A program made the position numbers and the translations under genes. From the IMG/VR virus record IMGVR_UViG_3300017784_002919, positions 1 through 30,383 of that record: a stretch of 30,383 nucleotides of DNA. One strand, written 5' to 3'. The stretch's first letter is position 1. Each line of letters starts with the position of its first letter. The stretch comes from a virus (taxonomy: Duplodnaviria > Caudoviricetes). Under the pieces are notes generated by a model. That model was not told the origin of the DNA. It did not search any database and saw only the letters and a program-made list of their open reading frames with translations. Shown here piece after piece: positions 9,986-20,442 of this stretch.

Positions 9986-10886
9986 TAAATTTTTAGGCAT
10001 AGTAAAAACGGAAGATGGGTTTCTTAATATACCATTAGAAATTGATTTCGATTTTGAGGGTAGAACTCAGGGTATTGAGTTATATGAGAGTGAGGTTTTA
10101 GAACAAATCATCAACCCACCACAAGATTTTGAAAGTACAAAATTTGCTCACGCCGAGTGGAATTATTTAACTACGGGTACAACTCAAATAACAATTGCTA
10201 GTTTATTTGGACTCCCGACAATATCTAATGTTATTACGACAACCACAACTAAGGTTACTAATATTAATTATGAATTTAATTTGTTTGATTACTTGTCAAC
10301 TATTAGTGGTGCGACATTAAGTAATTGGGCAGTTGATTATGAAAACGCGTCTTTTACCGATTCAGAAATATATTATTTTGCCAATTCATTTAAGGGTAGT
10401 TTCTTTAAGTTAGATTTTTATGATACTAACGAATCTGAAAGCCAAAAGATTCTTTTAACCATTATATTACCAACACAACAAGGGTTAAAAGAATCGGGAA
10501 CTATTGGTAGTGTTAATGCACCAATAAATGTGATGGTTAAGAAACCTAAATTTAAGTTGGATTATACCGGAGCCGACAAAGAAGGGTTTTTTATATATTT
10601 CTTAAAGGATAAAAGTTATCTTAACCTTGATGAGTTCTATGTTAGTGCTAAATTCTTTAACGCTAAAAAAGGACAATTTGTTAGATTAATGAATGTTCCT
10701 CAATCTAATTTTGTAGGGGCGTCAAGATTTAATGTAGATAAACAAAAAACATTCTATTACAAATATAAGTTAAATTATCAAACCTTTGAGTATGAGGTTT
10801 TTTATGAAGCTCAAGTTGGTAATATTACAAGAGTGGGAACAATTAATTCCCCGATAAAGTGGTATGAATATGTTAACCCTATATGA
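9978..10886 (+). CDS. Hypothetical structural protein (302 aa)
   Basis: GTG start overlapping the upstream stop and ATGA coupling to the next gene. No family recognised. Confidence 0.55.
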   Translation: MNNKFLGIVKTEDGFLNIPLEIDFDFEGRTQGIELYESEVLEQIINPPQDFESTKFAHAEWNYLTTGTTQITIASLFGLPTISNVITTTTTKVTNINYEFNLFDYLSTISGATLSNWAVDYENASFTDSEIYYFANSFKGSFFKLDFYDTNESESQKILLTIILPTQQGLKESGTIGSVNAPINVMVKKPKFKLDYTGADKEGFFIYFLKDKSYLNLDEFYVSAKFFNAKKGQFVRLMNVPQSNFVGASRFNVDKQKTFYYKYKLNYQTFEYEVFYEAQVGNITRVGTINSPIKWYEYVNPI

Positions 10887-11965
10887 CACCTGAAAATATA
10901 AATATAGTGATTTCACCCGAAGTTTTAAGGGATGACTTGTTTTTAGAAACATATCAAACAAATACGTTTGGTGTGTATTCAGGATTAAGTTACGTTCTTA
11001 GTGGTGGTACAAACGGTAGTTCGTTATTAACGGGTTTAACGATACCTATTATGATTACGCAAAACATTAACGACATTGGTTATTACTCAACCTTTGATGG
11101 GTACATAGACCAAATTGATGTTGTAACTAACTTTGTAATATCAGGAGACCCGATTAGTCAATATACTGTATATGTGTATAATACTGCTAGTTATAATTTC
11201 CAAAATTACCTACAACAATCGGAATATGTAATTAATTGGGGTGATGGGTCAATAGGTCCTAGTTTAACTTTAGGTAATACAATTCAAAGTCATGTCTACG
11301 CGTCTAATCCACAAAATTACATAATAACTTTATCACAAACAAACATTTGGGGAACGACTACGGTACAAAAACCGGTTTCTGTACCATTTACTGGTATTAC
11401 AATAACCAATCCATTAGGTGGTATTACTTTTACACCACAAGGAGGTAGTTGGTCAGGTACACAATTAAGTTTAGATTTTATATTTACGGGTGACTCTGAA
11501 AATAATGTACAATCACAGATATCAAGTACATATACTAATATTCCTTTTCCTGTTTCTGGATATACTAACTCACAATTAGAATTATTAAGGAGATGGGGAC
11601 CACAACCATTCACAGTTGGGTACATTATGTCATTATCAAACGGATCGATAGGGTATGTTAGTCAAATAACAAACGAATATACCGCATATACAATTAACAG
11701 TGTTGAGTATTTTGACACACTTAATGGTAGGACATATTTTGTGGTTGGTTCTTCAGGTATCACAGAAAATAATATCGTAGTTTCGGCATTAACTAAAAAT
11801 GAATATCTGTTGGATTTTGTAATGGATCCAGAAGTACAATCAGACATTATTGTTGAAAGAGGTCAGTATTCGGCTTTCGAGCCTTTACAAAGACTTAATG
11901 AAGTGGATAATATAGGTGACCTTACTAAGTATGGTTATGGGTATTATAAAATTAACACTGCTTAA
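10883..11965 (+). CDS. Hypothetical structural protein with a PKD-like Ig domain
   Basis: YVINWGDGS...SHVYASNPQNYIITLSQTNIWG matches the PKD pattern W+FGDG...H.Y...G.Y.V.L...N..G. Confidence 0.6.
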   Translation: MTPENINIVISPEVLRDDLFLETYQTNTFGVYSGLSYVLSGGTNGSSLLTGLTIPIMITQNINDIGYYSTFDGYIDQIDVVTNFVISGDPISQYTVYVYNTASYNFQNYLQQSEYVINWGDGSIGPSLTLGNTIQSHVYASNPQNYIITLSQTNIWGTTTVQKPVSVPFTGITITNPLGGITFTPQGGSWSGTQLSLDFIFTGDSENNVQSQISSTYTNIPFPVSGYTNSQLELLRRWGPQPFTVGYIMSLSNGSIGYVSQITNEYTAYTINSVEYFDTLNGRTYFVVGSSGITENNIVVSALTKNEYLLDFVMDPEVQSDIIVERGQYSAFEPLQRLNEVDNIGDLTKYGYGYYKINTA

Positions 11966-11980
11966 AAAAGTGTCATAAAC

Positions 11981-11992
11981 TATTTATAAATA
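11981..11992 (+). promoter_or_regulatory. Palindromic TATTTATAAATA: putative late promoter that also contains the T4 late consensus TATAAATA (11985-11992)
   Basis: Intergenic, ending 7 nt before ATG 12000. Confidence 0.55.
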
Positions 11993-11999
11993 AAAACAA

Positions 12000-12908
12000 A
12001 TGGCTTTAGGAGCATACGGGACAGTAAGACCAGCGGACGTTTCACCACAGGATGTGGAGATTATATTACATTATACTCCTTCCAGAGACGTGACCACTAA
12101 TTTTACACTAAAAAAATTAAATGCGGCAACAATACTTACCCCATATTATCATAATGATTCTACCGGTGGTAAAAAAAATGTTGAAATATTAGGTGGGTTA
12201 TATAACCTTAAATTACCCGCAACTGAGTTTAATGCTGTTGGTATTTACACACTATATGTAAGACCTGCTGAGATTAGAACTAAAATTACTGATTGTGGGG
12301 TTTTATCCGCATTACCAAACGTTAAAGGAATTGTTATTGATGTTAACAATGTCCCACAACAATATAGAAATAAATTTGTTAATCAGGGTCTTGTTGGGTT
12401 TAGAATTGAATATTTAAATTCAGACGGTACAAAAGTACCTAATTTTTTTAGAATAGTTACCTCCGCGTTTTTCTGTGAACCAGTCGTAACTAATCAAACA
12501 AATACGTCACAAAAGAGTATTCGTTATCGGTACACTGAAGGGTCGAGCAATTTAATATTTTGTACGTTATCACCTTCATCCTCACCCACTAATAAACCAA
12601 ACGCAACTCCATTTATAGGGCAACCAAATCAAAATATCATTATCACTAACACATTCTTTAATCCTGTGACTTTGGATATTCAAATTTCTAATTACGATAT
12701 TGATACCTTAGCAATTGCACTTTACGGAAATCAAACTAAAAGTATTGATGATGGTGTTTATACATTATATGACACCGCCGGAAACATATATAAACAATAT
12801 AACTTATTTGAGGTTAGAGATAACTTTAATGAATTATTGTACGAGGTTAGACAAGATAGAGGAACTAATATCGACTTCAGTAAAAACTTTACAAACATAA
12901 TTAGTTAA
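12000..12908 (+). CDS. Hypothetical (probably baseplate) structural protein (302 aa)
   Basis: Preceded by the TATTTAT motif and TAATG-coupled to the gpI-like gene. Confidence 0.55.
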   Translation: MALGAYGTVRPADVSPQDVEIILHYTPSRDVTTNFTLKKLNAATILTPYYHNDSTGGKKNVEILGGLYNLKLPATEFNAVGIYTLYVRPAEIRTKITDCGVLSALPNVKGIVIDVNNVPQQYRNKFVNQGLVGFRIEYLNSDGTKVPNFFRIVTSAFFCEPVVTNQTNTSQKSIRYRYTEGSSNLIFCTLSPSSSPTNKPNATPFIGQPNQNIIITNTFFNPVTLDIQISNYDIDTLAIALYGNQTKSIDDGVYTLYDTAGNIYKQYNLFEVRDNFNELLYEVRQDRGTNIDFSKNFTNIIS

Positions 12909-15901
12909 TGGCTGTTACTAAATACATATGTCCATCCCCAGCACCTGTAGGATCAGGTACGTTTTCCGATAATTTGGTGGGATTCCAAATTGTTAATGGA
13001 GGGGGGTTGACACAAGGTAATTTCCAATTCACAAGTGCGATTTATGAAAAAATAGATAGAACTTTTAATACTGGTGTATTTTCAGACCCATATACGTTAG
13101 AGACTTTAAACATCACTGATGTTGCTGAGGCTAAAAAGATTATTGAAAAAAACTTTAAAGTTGTCCCTAATTTTGATTTAGCTCAAATAACGAGTTTTTC
13201 TCTTTATGGTTCACTACAAAAAAGACTATCCTCATCAATAACTAAAGTAATTAATAATTTTCCAGCGGCAATTCAAATAGACCAACAGAACTATAGTTTA
13301 AACACGGGATATACCGCATTTAATATTGTTTATGATCCAATTGAGAATGAAACTTCTTTTGATGTTGATGTTCAATTTTTTAAGAATCCTTTTGATATTG
13401 ACTATACAAATAATGCGACACTAAACATTCAGGTAAGGCCGTATAAAGTTAACAAATATCGAAATCTAACGGTTAATTTTAAAAGTTACGCATTGTATAC
13501 TGATAATTTAACTACGGAATATAAAATCACTGACTTTGAACCAACAACTACTTTAACTGCAGGAACTATTAATATTATTGTAGAAGGTAAACCGTTTACC
13601 TCAACAAATACTGTACAATCTATTTTGTTTAAGCCAAATAATTTGGTGACCGAACAGATATTCCAAGATTCGTTTGATGAGGTTGAGGATTATCTATTAA
13701 ATAGAAAGTCCTACCCTAAATATACCTCTAAGTTTCAATATCCTGATTACGATAGTAACGGTAACTATATTATGATATCCAAACTATTAACTTGGCAAAC
13801 TGATGGTTTTTGGAATTTAGACATAACAACGTCTAATTTTGATAAGTATTTAACAAATATACAAACAATTGCTGAGAAGCTTGACGAATATAAAACAAAT
13901 TTATTAAGTAGATTTTTAACTTCTGGAAGTTTAAAAGAGTTTGATACCCCTGACCAAAAAATTGAAAAAGTTCTACAGATATATGGAAGAAGTTTTGATG
14001 AGACTAAAAAATATATAGACGCTTTAGCAAATATGAATTCGGTTAACTATGTTGTGGGTAATGATATACCATCAGGACTACTTTCAAATTTAGCGGAAAC
14101 TTTAGGGTGGAAAACCGCAATTTCGCCAATCACTAACGACACGTTATTAAATACCGTATATACAACAACTAATGATGTAATATATCCTGGGCAATCTAAA
14201 GAACAAACACCTGCGGAGATTAATTTTCAGTATTTTAGAAATTTAATTTTAAATTCTGCAATTCTTTATAAATCAAAAGGAACTAGACAATCCATTGAAT
14301 ATATATTAAGATTAGTCGGTGCTCCGGAACAAATAATAGAATTCAATGAGTATATCTATATTGCTGACCAAAAAATATCAGTAGAGGATTTTACCACACA
14401 GTTTGCTGAAATCTCTGGAGGTACAAAAATAGATAAGATAACCTCTTATGATAGTGCAAACCTATTTTCAATACAGGGTGTCGCTTACACCGGATTCACC
14501 GCTAACTCTAAGTTAATATCGGTTGGGACAACACTTGGGGATTACGCAATTTCATTGATTGATGGTTATCCTGAAAGTCCTGTATTTACCGAAGATTATT
14601 TTTTTCAAAAAGGTGCTGGTTGGTTTGAGTCAACAACAGACCACCGGTCACCTGAGGTTATAAAATTCTCAACATCGGAACTTAATTCACAAATACCCGT
14701 ATTTAGTTCACAACTAACTCCATTTACATATGGACAAGAGTATTTGGATAGGTATATTAAGTTTCCTTTTTTGGATTTAGGATATGGATTAACAAGGACT
14801 ATAGATAATGTTAAATCTTGGAAAGTTGAGGATGTAGGTAAAAGAAAAAGTACTGAAAGTTTATCTGAAACAAATTATATAATAGAGAATGATAGTTTAG
14901 CTATTAACGTTAAAAACATGGAGTTATATCTTAACATGGGTCAAGGTATAACATATGATATATGGGAAATGTCCTCTAAATATGGGTATCCTATAGCAAA
15001 TACAGGACTAACATCACCATATCCATCACCTGGTAATGTTGATTGGACTTATATTGATCCTAAACCTAATCAAAAAACGTTCTTAGAGTTTGCCCAAACA
15101 TTCTATAATAACTTAATTAATGTAAGAAATCGACAATATATTTTTGATGGTAAAACGGGTGGGTATCCGACCTTACAATATATTTTTTGGAAATATTTAG
15201 AAACACCACAAAATACCACATTACCATTCAATGATTTTACCTATCAAAAAATGGTAGATTATACATTGGGTCTTGGTGATTATTGGGTTAGATTAGCCGA
15301 ACAATTTGTTCCTGCCACTACAATATGGAATACAGGTCAAAAAATGGATAATTCCATATTCCATAGACAAAAAGTTGCGTGGAAAAGACAAAGAGGGTGT
15401 ACCGAAATTGGTCCTAATCCTGTAATTACTTCTTTGTTTGAAGGATCATCGGGAGCTTTAGATTGTAACGACCAAACAATAAGTAGTGTATTACCTTTCT
15501 TTGACCCTATAAGTATTTTGGGATCTGAGATTTATAATACTATTGTTGAACAGAACAATAACCCTAACAATTGTAACAACAATACTGCCGTTTCAATTTG
15601 GTATGTTGAATTGTCTATAACGAATACGATTACTGGTGTTGAACAAACGTTAATAAACCAACAATTCTTTATTGGTAATGGACCTAACGCTATGAGTCAG
15701 TTAGATGGCACACCTTTAACGTATGCGGTGATAATTAACGCTATAGATTCGTCATTATCCACTTTATATCAGCAAGGTTTAGATTATTCGTTTGTGGGTG
15801 GTGTTCTGACTATTTACAACACTACATGTTATAATGATTTTATGAATAACACATTAAATTTAGACATCTCTATTGACGTTAGTGTAGAATGTCTTGGATA
15901 A
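12908..15901 (+). CDS. Large baseplate wedge protein containing a P2 gpI / T4 gp7-like domain
   Basis: IPSGLLSNLAETLGW...FRNLILNSAILYKSKGTRQSIEYILRLVG (about 14060-14325) is the characteristic KGT motif of tail protein I, with a later EQFVPAT motif. Confidence 0.7.
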   Translation: MAVTKYICPSPAPVGSGTFSDNLVGFQIVNGGGLTQGNFQFTSAIYEKIDRTFNTGVFSDPYTLETLNITDVAEAKKIIEKNFKVVPNFDLAQITSFSLYGSLQKRLSSSITKVINNFPAAIQIDQQNYSLNTGYTAFNIVYDPIENETSFDVDVQFFKNPFDIDYTNNATLNIQVRPYKVNKYRNLTVNFKSYALYTDNLTTEYKITDFEPTTTLTAGTINIIVEGKPFTSTNTVQSILFKPNNLVTEQIFQDSFDEVEDYLLNRKSYPKYTSKFQYPDYDSNGNYIMISKLLTWQTDGFWNLDITTSNFDKYLTNIQTIAEKLDEYKTNLLSRFLTSGSLKEFDTPDQKIEKVLQIYGRSFDETKKYIDALANMNSVNYVVGNDIPSGLLSNLAETLGWKTAISPITNDTLLNTVYTTTNDVIYPGQSKEQTPAEINFQYFRNLILNSAILYKSKGTRQSIEYILRLVGAPEQIIEFNEYIYIADQKISVEDFTTQFAEISGGTKIDKITSYDSANLFSIQGVAYTGFTANSKLISVGTTLGDYAISLIDGYPESPVFTEDYFFQKGAGWFESTTDHRSPEVIKFSTSELNSQIPVFSSQLTPFTYGQEYLDRYIKFPFLDLGYGLTRTIDNVKSWKVEDVGKRKSTESLSETNYIIENDSLAINVKNMELYLNMGQGITYDIWEMSSKYGYPIANTGLTSPYPSPGNVDWTYIDPKPNQKTFLEFAQTFYNNLINVRNRQYIFDGKTGGYPTLQYIFWKYLETPQNTTLPFNDFTYQKMVDYTLGLGDYWVRLAEQFVPATTIWNTGQKMDNSIFHRQKVAWKRQRGCTEIGPNPVITSLFEGSSGALDCNDQTISSVLPFFDPISILGSEIYNTIVEQNNNPNNCNNNTAVSIWYVELSITNTITGVEQTLINQQFFIGNGPNAMSQLDGTPLTYAVIINAIDSSLSTLYQQGLDYSFVGGVLTIYNTTCYNDFMNNTLNLDISIDVSVECLG

Positions 15902-15916
15902 AAAAATTAAAAAATT

Positions 15917-18586
15917 ATGAATTGTATTACTGGATATACTAATGGTGTTTACTCTTATGTTGATTGTTGTGGACTCACAAGAGTTGGGGTATCTTCAGGT
16001 GAGACCGTATGTCTTAACCAAGAATATTCCGGTAGTGTTGTAAACATTGTAATCAACACTGGAAGTACATGTACGACTAATTGTACTGATTTACCGGTTA
16101 TTGGGTATTATTTTACCGTGACAGGTACTTGCGATTCACCAACAGGTACTATAGTCATAAATCCAATAGGGGGGACTCCGCCGTATACTGTTGACCCTAT
16201 ATACCCAACGGGTCATGGGTTAAATACACAAACAGGCACAACTCAAATCGTATATACAGGTCTTAGCGCCACAACTTACGTATTTAGATTAAACGATAGT
16301 TTAGGGTATCAAAACGCTGAAACCTACATTAATATAGCTGTTGGCGGTTGTTATGAGGGTAATATTATAGATGTTAACGGAACTAATTGTGGATTAACTA
16401 ACGGTTATCTAGCGGTAAGTGGATCATCACTTTTTCCACCATATGATTTATTATTATATAAAAATGGATTATTATCATTAATTGAGACTGCGCAGGCATT
16501 TCCATACACTTTTACAGAGTTAAATGCTGGGGTTTATTATGTTTTAATTTCGGATAATAGTGTAACTACCGCTAAGACTGAAAATGTTGTAATATCTGCA
16601 AGTACTGAAATTAATTTTGGTCTATGGAAAGTTGACACCTCAAAATGTTTATTAGATACCGGTAAGTTAGCGGTAACTGGAATTACAGGTGTTGGACCAT
16701 ATACGTATTTATGGTCTAATGGGCAAACCGGTCAAACAATCACTGGGTTAACTATTGGAGAGTATTCGGTGACGGTAACCGGCATAAATGGGTGTGAGCT
16801 TACAAAATCAAGTAATGTTGGGTCTGCCGAACAATTAGGTGTTGGATTAATAAATAACACAACCCCAAGTTGTTTTAATAGTAACGGTAAAATTGAGATA
16901 ACATTAACGGGAGGTACTGCGCCTTTTTACTATTCTGCGTCGTCTGGTAATTTTGGGGTTACATTATCAGATACTTTCACAATGAGTGGGTTACCAAGTG
17001 GTGACTATTCTATTTTAGTAAAAGATGCTAATTTCTGTACTTTAAGTATTTTAACAACACTTAACACGGTTAATGGGTTTAGGGACGTTAAAAATGTAAT
17101 AACAAATTCTGTTTGTAATAAAAATAATGGGTCTTTAAAAACAACCATTAATGGGTTATATGGGTTTTATTTATATTCTTTATCCGGTCAAAATACAAAT
17201 GTTGTTTATGAGGAGTATAGTCAAAACCAAAATGTAACTTTCAGTGATTTAGTTTCTGATACTTATTTATTAAAAATTTCAGGACAATCTAGTAGTTGTC
17301 TTTATACGGAAATAATAGAAATAAGTGCTATAAACAAATTTAATTTAACTGCAACAACAACTCCGTCTTCTTGTGGGTCACCAAACGGGTCGATATCCGT
17401 TAAAGTTGGTACTGGATATACGGAACCTTTAGATTATATATTGAGTGATGGTCAAAACCTAATTGATGTTTCGTTTAGTTCTTACACGTTTAATTATTTA
17501 ACCCCTGGTGGATATGTATTACAAGTTATTGATTCGGAAAATTGTATGGTATCTTTGGATTTGAATATACCTTTAAGCGGTAATTTATCGTCAACACTTA
17601 CTAAGAGTGAATGTAAAAACAGTAATGATGGTATTGCTACTGTAACCATTTTTGAAGGTACCCCACCATTTACTTATAATTGGTCAGATAATGTGCCGTC
17701 AGGAGGTACGGGAAGTACTGTGACAGGACTTTCAGGTGGAACATATGACGTAACCGTAACCGACAAAAGTGGGTGTACTAATTATTGGCCTTTTACAATA
17801 ACTTGTAATCAAGTAATTGTGTCTGGTAGGTCAAGATATAATATTTTTAATAAACCTTTTATTAATACTTCAGGTACTAAGAGGTCGATATCTAAAATGT
17901 TGAATGAAGGGTTTATTGATTTAACTACGGGATATACTAATTGTATTTTAAATAGTGCCGTTTTAGAGGCGGAGTTTACAATAAATGGTTCGGCACATAC
18001 ACAAACCTTTATATATAGTGATGACGGAGCATGGCAAAGAGCAATTGAAACCATATTAGAGAGTATTCCACAAATCACTTCATACACCGTTAATGTTTTA
18101 AACAATGTGTTAATAATCGTTTGTAATTGTGACCAAATGGGTAATAGCTTCTTTAAGTTAGAATTATCAATTACATATGACATTAGTTGTGACCAAGTAA
18201 AAACGCCAACGCCAACTCCGACAATGACAATGACGCCTACACCAACACCAACAGTTAGTCCGACACCTACTAGAACACCAACACCTACACCAACCCCTGC
18301 TGGTTTTGTTTGGTATAGTAATGGTGAATATTACAATACTGCCGATGAGGATGTTTGTACGGATAACTTATGTAATGTTAACCTCTATACTACAGGGTCT
18401 TCTATATCAATAGGTAATATAGTTTACACTAACCCTGCATTAACGACTAAATATATAGGAACTAACTTAGACCCTAAAAATGGTGGATGGGCAAGAATTT
18501 ATTTATCAAACAGTTGCCCAATAACAACAAGAAATGTTGTACAAGTTGATGGAGATGGTATTATAATTACAAAGTATACTTGTTAA
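15917..18586 (+). CDS. Cys-rich SprB-repeat adhesin-like structural protein with a Thr-Pro linker and a C-terminal beta domain
   Basis: Repeated units such as C...G.I.+...GGTxP(Y/F).Y.WS...GLxxGxYxVxVxDxxGC (e.g. GVGPYTYLWSNGQTGQTITGLTIGEYSVTVTGINGC). PT tract at 18203-18298. Confidence 0.8.
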   Translation: MNCITGYTNGVYSYVDCCGLTRVGVSSGETVCLNQEYSGSVVNIVINTGSTCTTNCTDLPVIGYYFTVTGTCDSPTGTIVINPIGGTPPYTVDPIYPTGHGLNTQTGTTQIVYTGLSATTYVFRLNDSLGYQNAETYINIAVGGCYEGNIIDVNGTNCGLTNGYLAVSGSSLFPPYDLLLYKNGLLSLIETAQAFPYTFTELNAGVYYVLISDNSVTTAKTENVVISASTEINFGLWKVDTSKCLLDTGKLAVTGITGVGPYTYLWSNGQTGQTITGLTIGEYSVTVTGINGCELTKSSNVGSAEQLGVGLINNTTPSCFNSNGKIEITLTGGTAPFYYSASSGNFGVTLSDTFTMSGLPSGDYSILVKDANFCTLSILTTLNTVNGFRDVKNVITNSVCNKNNGSLKTTINGLYGFYLYSLSGQNTNVVYEEYSQNQNVTFSDLVSDTYLLKISGQSSSCLYTEIIEISAINKFNLTATTTPSSCGSPNGSISVKVGTGYTEPLDYILSDGQNLIDVSFSSYTFNYLTPGGYVLQVIDSENCMVSLDLNIPLSGNLSSTLTKSECKNSNDGIATVTIFEGTPPFTYNWSDNVPSGGTGSTVTGLSGGTYDVTVTDKSGCTNYWPFTITCNQVIVSGRSRYNIFNKPFINTSGTKRSISKMLNEGFIDLTTGYTNCILNSAVLEAEFTINGSAHTQTFIYSDDGAWQRAIETILESIPQITSYTVNVLNNVLIIVCNCDQMGNSFFKLELSITYDISCDQVKTPTPTPTMTMTPTPTPTVSPTPTRTPTPTPTPAGFVWYSNGEYYNTADEDVCTDNLCNVNLYTTGSSISIGNIVYTNPALTTKYIGTNLDPKNGGWARIYLSNSCPITTRNVVQVDGDGIIITKYTC
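18203..18298 (+). repeat. (Thr-Pro)n coding repeat, mucin-like linker
   Basis: TPTPTPTMTMTPTPTPTVSPTPTRTPTPTPTP, encoded with varied codons. Confidence 0.95.
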
Positions 18587-18587
18587 T

Positions 18588-18878
18588 ATGTCTAGTTACT
18601 TAATAATCTCAGGCCAAACAGGAGGAACAATACCATATACGTTTTATGTTTGTGATGAATATGGTAATAATTGCCAAAACGTTGGAACAACTGGTGGTAC
18701 TATAACACTCACCCCATTTTTTCAAACCGCTGGAACGTTGATGGTAAAAACTATTGATAGTGTTGGTTGTGAATTTTTTGAAATTGTAAGTTGCCCTAAG
18801 CAGACACCTACACCGACATTTACACCGACACCAACACCGACATTTACACCGACACCTACTCCTACACCAACGATATAA
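18588..18878 (+). CDS. Small Cys-containing protein (single SprB-like beta module) with a C-terminal Thr-Pro tail
   Basis: GGTIPY.FYVC...C...MVKTIDSVGC...CP followed by TPTPTFTPTP... It is a paralog of the 18908 and 25034 ORFs. Confidence 0.75.
   Translation: MSSYLIISGQTGGTIPYTFYVCDEYGNNCQNVGTTGGTITLTPFFQTAGTLMVKTIDSVGCEFFEIVSCPKQTPTPTFTPTPTPTFTPTPTPTPTI
18810..18857 (+). repeat. 24-bp tandem duplication inside the PT tail
   Basis: ACACCGACATTTACACCGACACCA / ACACCGACATTTACACCGACACCT (23 of 24 identical). Confidence 0.9.
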
Positions 18879-18896
18879 AAAAAGGATATTCATCCA

Positions 18897-18903
18897 TATT
18901 TAT
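18897..18903 (+). promoter_or_regulatory. TATTTAT putative late-promoter motif
   Basis: Intergenic, 4 nt before ATG 18908. Confidence 0.5.
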
Positions 18904-18907
18904 TAGT

Positions 18908-19129
18908 ATGATAATATATGTAACAGGAGTAACAAGCGGGACAAGTCCATATGACGTATTTTTATGTAATACTGGGTATACGTCTTGTTTTTTAATATCT
19001 GGTAGTTGTCAAATACCACCTACGGTTGTTATTAATACCAATTATTTTTTTCCTAATTATAATTACCTTGGTTTAAAAATAGTAGACACAAATGGGTGTA
19101 TTTTTACAAAGAATCAGATTTGTCCATAA
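18908..19129 (+). CDS. Small Cys-containing protein, paralog of the 18588 ORF
   Basis: SGTSPYDVFLC...SC...LKIVDTNGC...ICP. Confidence 0.75.
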   Translation: MIIYVTGVTSGTSPYDVFLCNTGYTSCFLISGSCQIPPTVVINTNYFFPNYNYLGLKIVDTNGCIFTKNQICP

Positions 19130-19194
19130 CCAATACCTTGTTAGGTTTACTATTGTTTTTTTATTCTTAAAACTTATCATGAAGAAAAGCCTTT

Positions 19195-20442
19195 ATGAAA
19201 ATTTTTATTCAAATTGCATCATACCGTGATCCAGAATTAAAACCAACAATTATTAGTTGTGTTGAAAACGCAAAACATCCTGAAAATTTAGTTTTTGCTA
19301 TTGCAAAACAATATCATACCGATGATACTTTTGATGATTTATCAGAATATGATGAAGATGAAAGGTTTAAAATCCTTAATATCCCTCACCAAGAATCTAA
19401 AGGTGCGTGTTGGGCTAGACACCAAATTCAACAACTATACAATAATGAAGAGTACACTCTTCAAATAGATTCCCATATGAGATTTGAAAAAAATTGGGAC
19501 GAGACATTAATTGGTATGTTAAATCAATTAAAAGATATTGGAATTCCAAAACCATTATTAACGTCTTACGTACCATCATATAACCCACAAAATGATCCTG
19601 AAGATAGGGTACAAGTACCTTGGAGAATGGCTTTTGATAAATTTATTCCTGAAGGTGCGGTATTCTTTTTACCTGAGACCATACCTAATTGGGAAGAAAT
19701 AAATATGCCGGTAACATCAAGATTTTATTCTGCACATTTTTGTTTTACTTTAGGACAATTTGCAAAAGAAGTCCAACATAATCCTGAATTTTATTTTCAT
19801 GGTGAAGAAATCTCAATTGCCGTTAGAGCGTTTACTCATGGTTATGATTTATTCCACCCACATAGAATTGTTGCTTGGCATGAGTATACTAGAAATGGTA
19901 GAACAAAACAATGGGATGACGATAAAGAATGGCATTTAAAAAATGATTCATCACACCTATTAAATAGACAGTTATTTGGTATGGACGGATTAACTCAAGA
20001 AGGTCATGACGGAAAATATGGGTTTGGTACCGAAAGAACACTTAGAGATTATGAAATATACTCTGGGTTATTATTTGAAAAACGTTCCGTACAAGATTAT
20101 ACTTTACAGAAAAAATACCCACCAAACCCTTACGACTATCAAAATGAAGAAGAATGGATTAATAGTTTTACTAAAAAAGTGACTAAGTGTTTTACTATTG
20201 ATAAAGAAATGGTTCCCGAGAATGATTATGAATTTTGGGTTGTTGCGTTTAATAGAGAAGGTGGTGAGACTATATTTAGACAAGATGAGGATGTCAATGA
20301 AGTAAGAAAATTATTACAAGGTGACAGTCAAAAAATTAAAATATGTAGAACATTCCAAACTGCTGAGACACCACATACGTGGGTATTATGGCCATACTCA
20401 ACATCTAAAGGGTGGTGTACAAAAATAGAGAGAGTATTATGA
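19195..20442 (+). CDS. GlcNAc-family (GT60, Skp1/polypeptide alpha-GlcNAc transferase-like) glycosyltransferase
   Basis: IFIQIASYRDPEL, SKGACWAR, LYNNEEYTLQIDSHMRF..WDE and FHGEEI..AVRAFTHGYDLFHP are hallmark motifs of the GlcNAc/GT60 family, with DSH in place of DxD. Confidence 0.9.
   Translation: MKIFIQIASYRDPELKPTIISCVENAKHPENLVFAIAKQYHTDDTFDDLSEYDEDERFKILNIPHQESKGACWARHQIQQLYNNEEYTLQIDSHMRFEKNWDETLIGMLNQLKDIGIPKPLLTSYVPSYNPQNDPEDRVQVPWRMAFDKFIPEGAVFFLPETIPNWEEINMPVTSRFYSAHFCFTLGQFAKEVQHNPEFYFHGEEISIAVRAFTHGYDLFHPHRIVAWHEYTRNGRTKQWDDDKEWHLKNDSSHLLNRQLFGMDGLTQEGHDGKYGFGTERTLRDYEIYSGLLFEKRSVQDYTLQKKYPPNPYDYQNEEEWINSFTKKVTKCFTIDKEMVPENDYEFWVVAFNREGGETIFRQDEDVNEVRKLLQGDSQKIKICRTFQTAETPHTWVLWPYSTSKGWCTKIERVL

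Noticed and set aside
501-15901. Bacterial eCIS/T6SS/tailocin locus instead of a phage
   Set aside because: The flanking NrdJ, the RuvC resolvase, the leader-tagged small ORFs and the lack of host housekeeping or secretion-system genes fit a large phage genome better.
18609-18893. Minus-strand ORF with RCRCKCRCWC repeats
   Set aside because: It is the antisense shadow of the ACN-CCN (Thr-Pro) codons of the 18588 gene.
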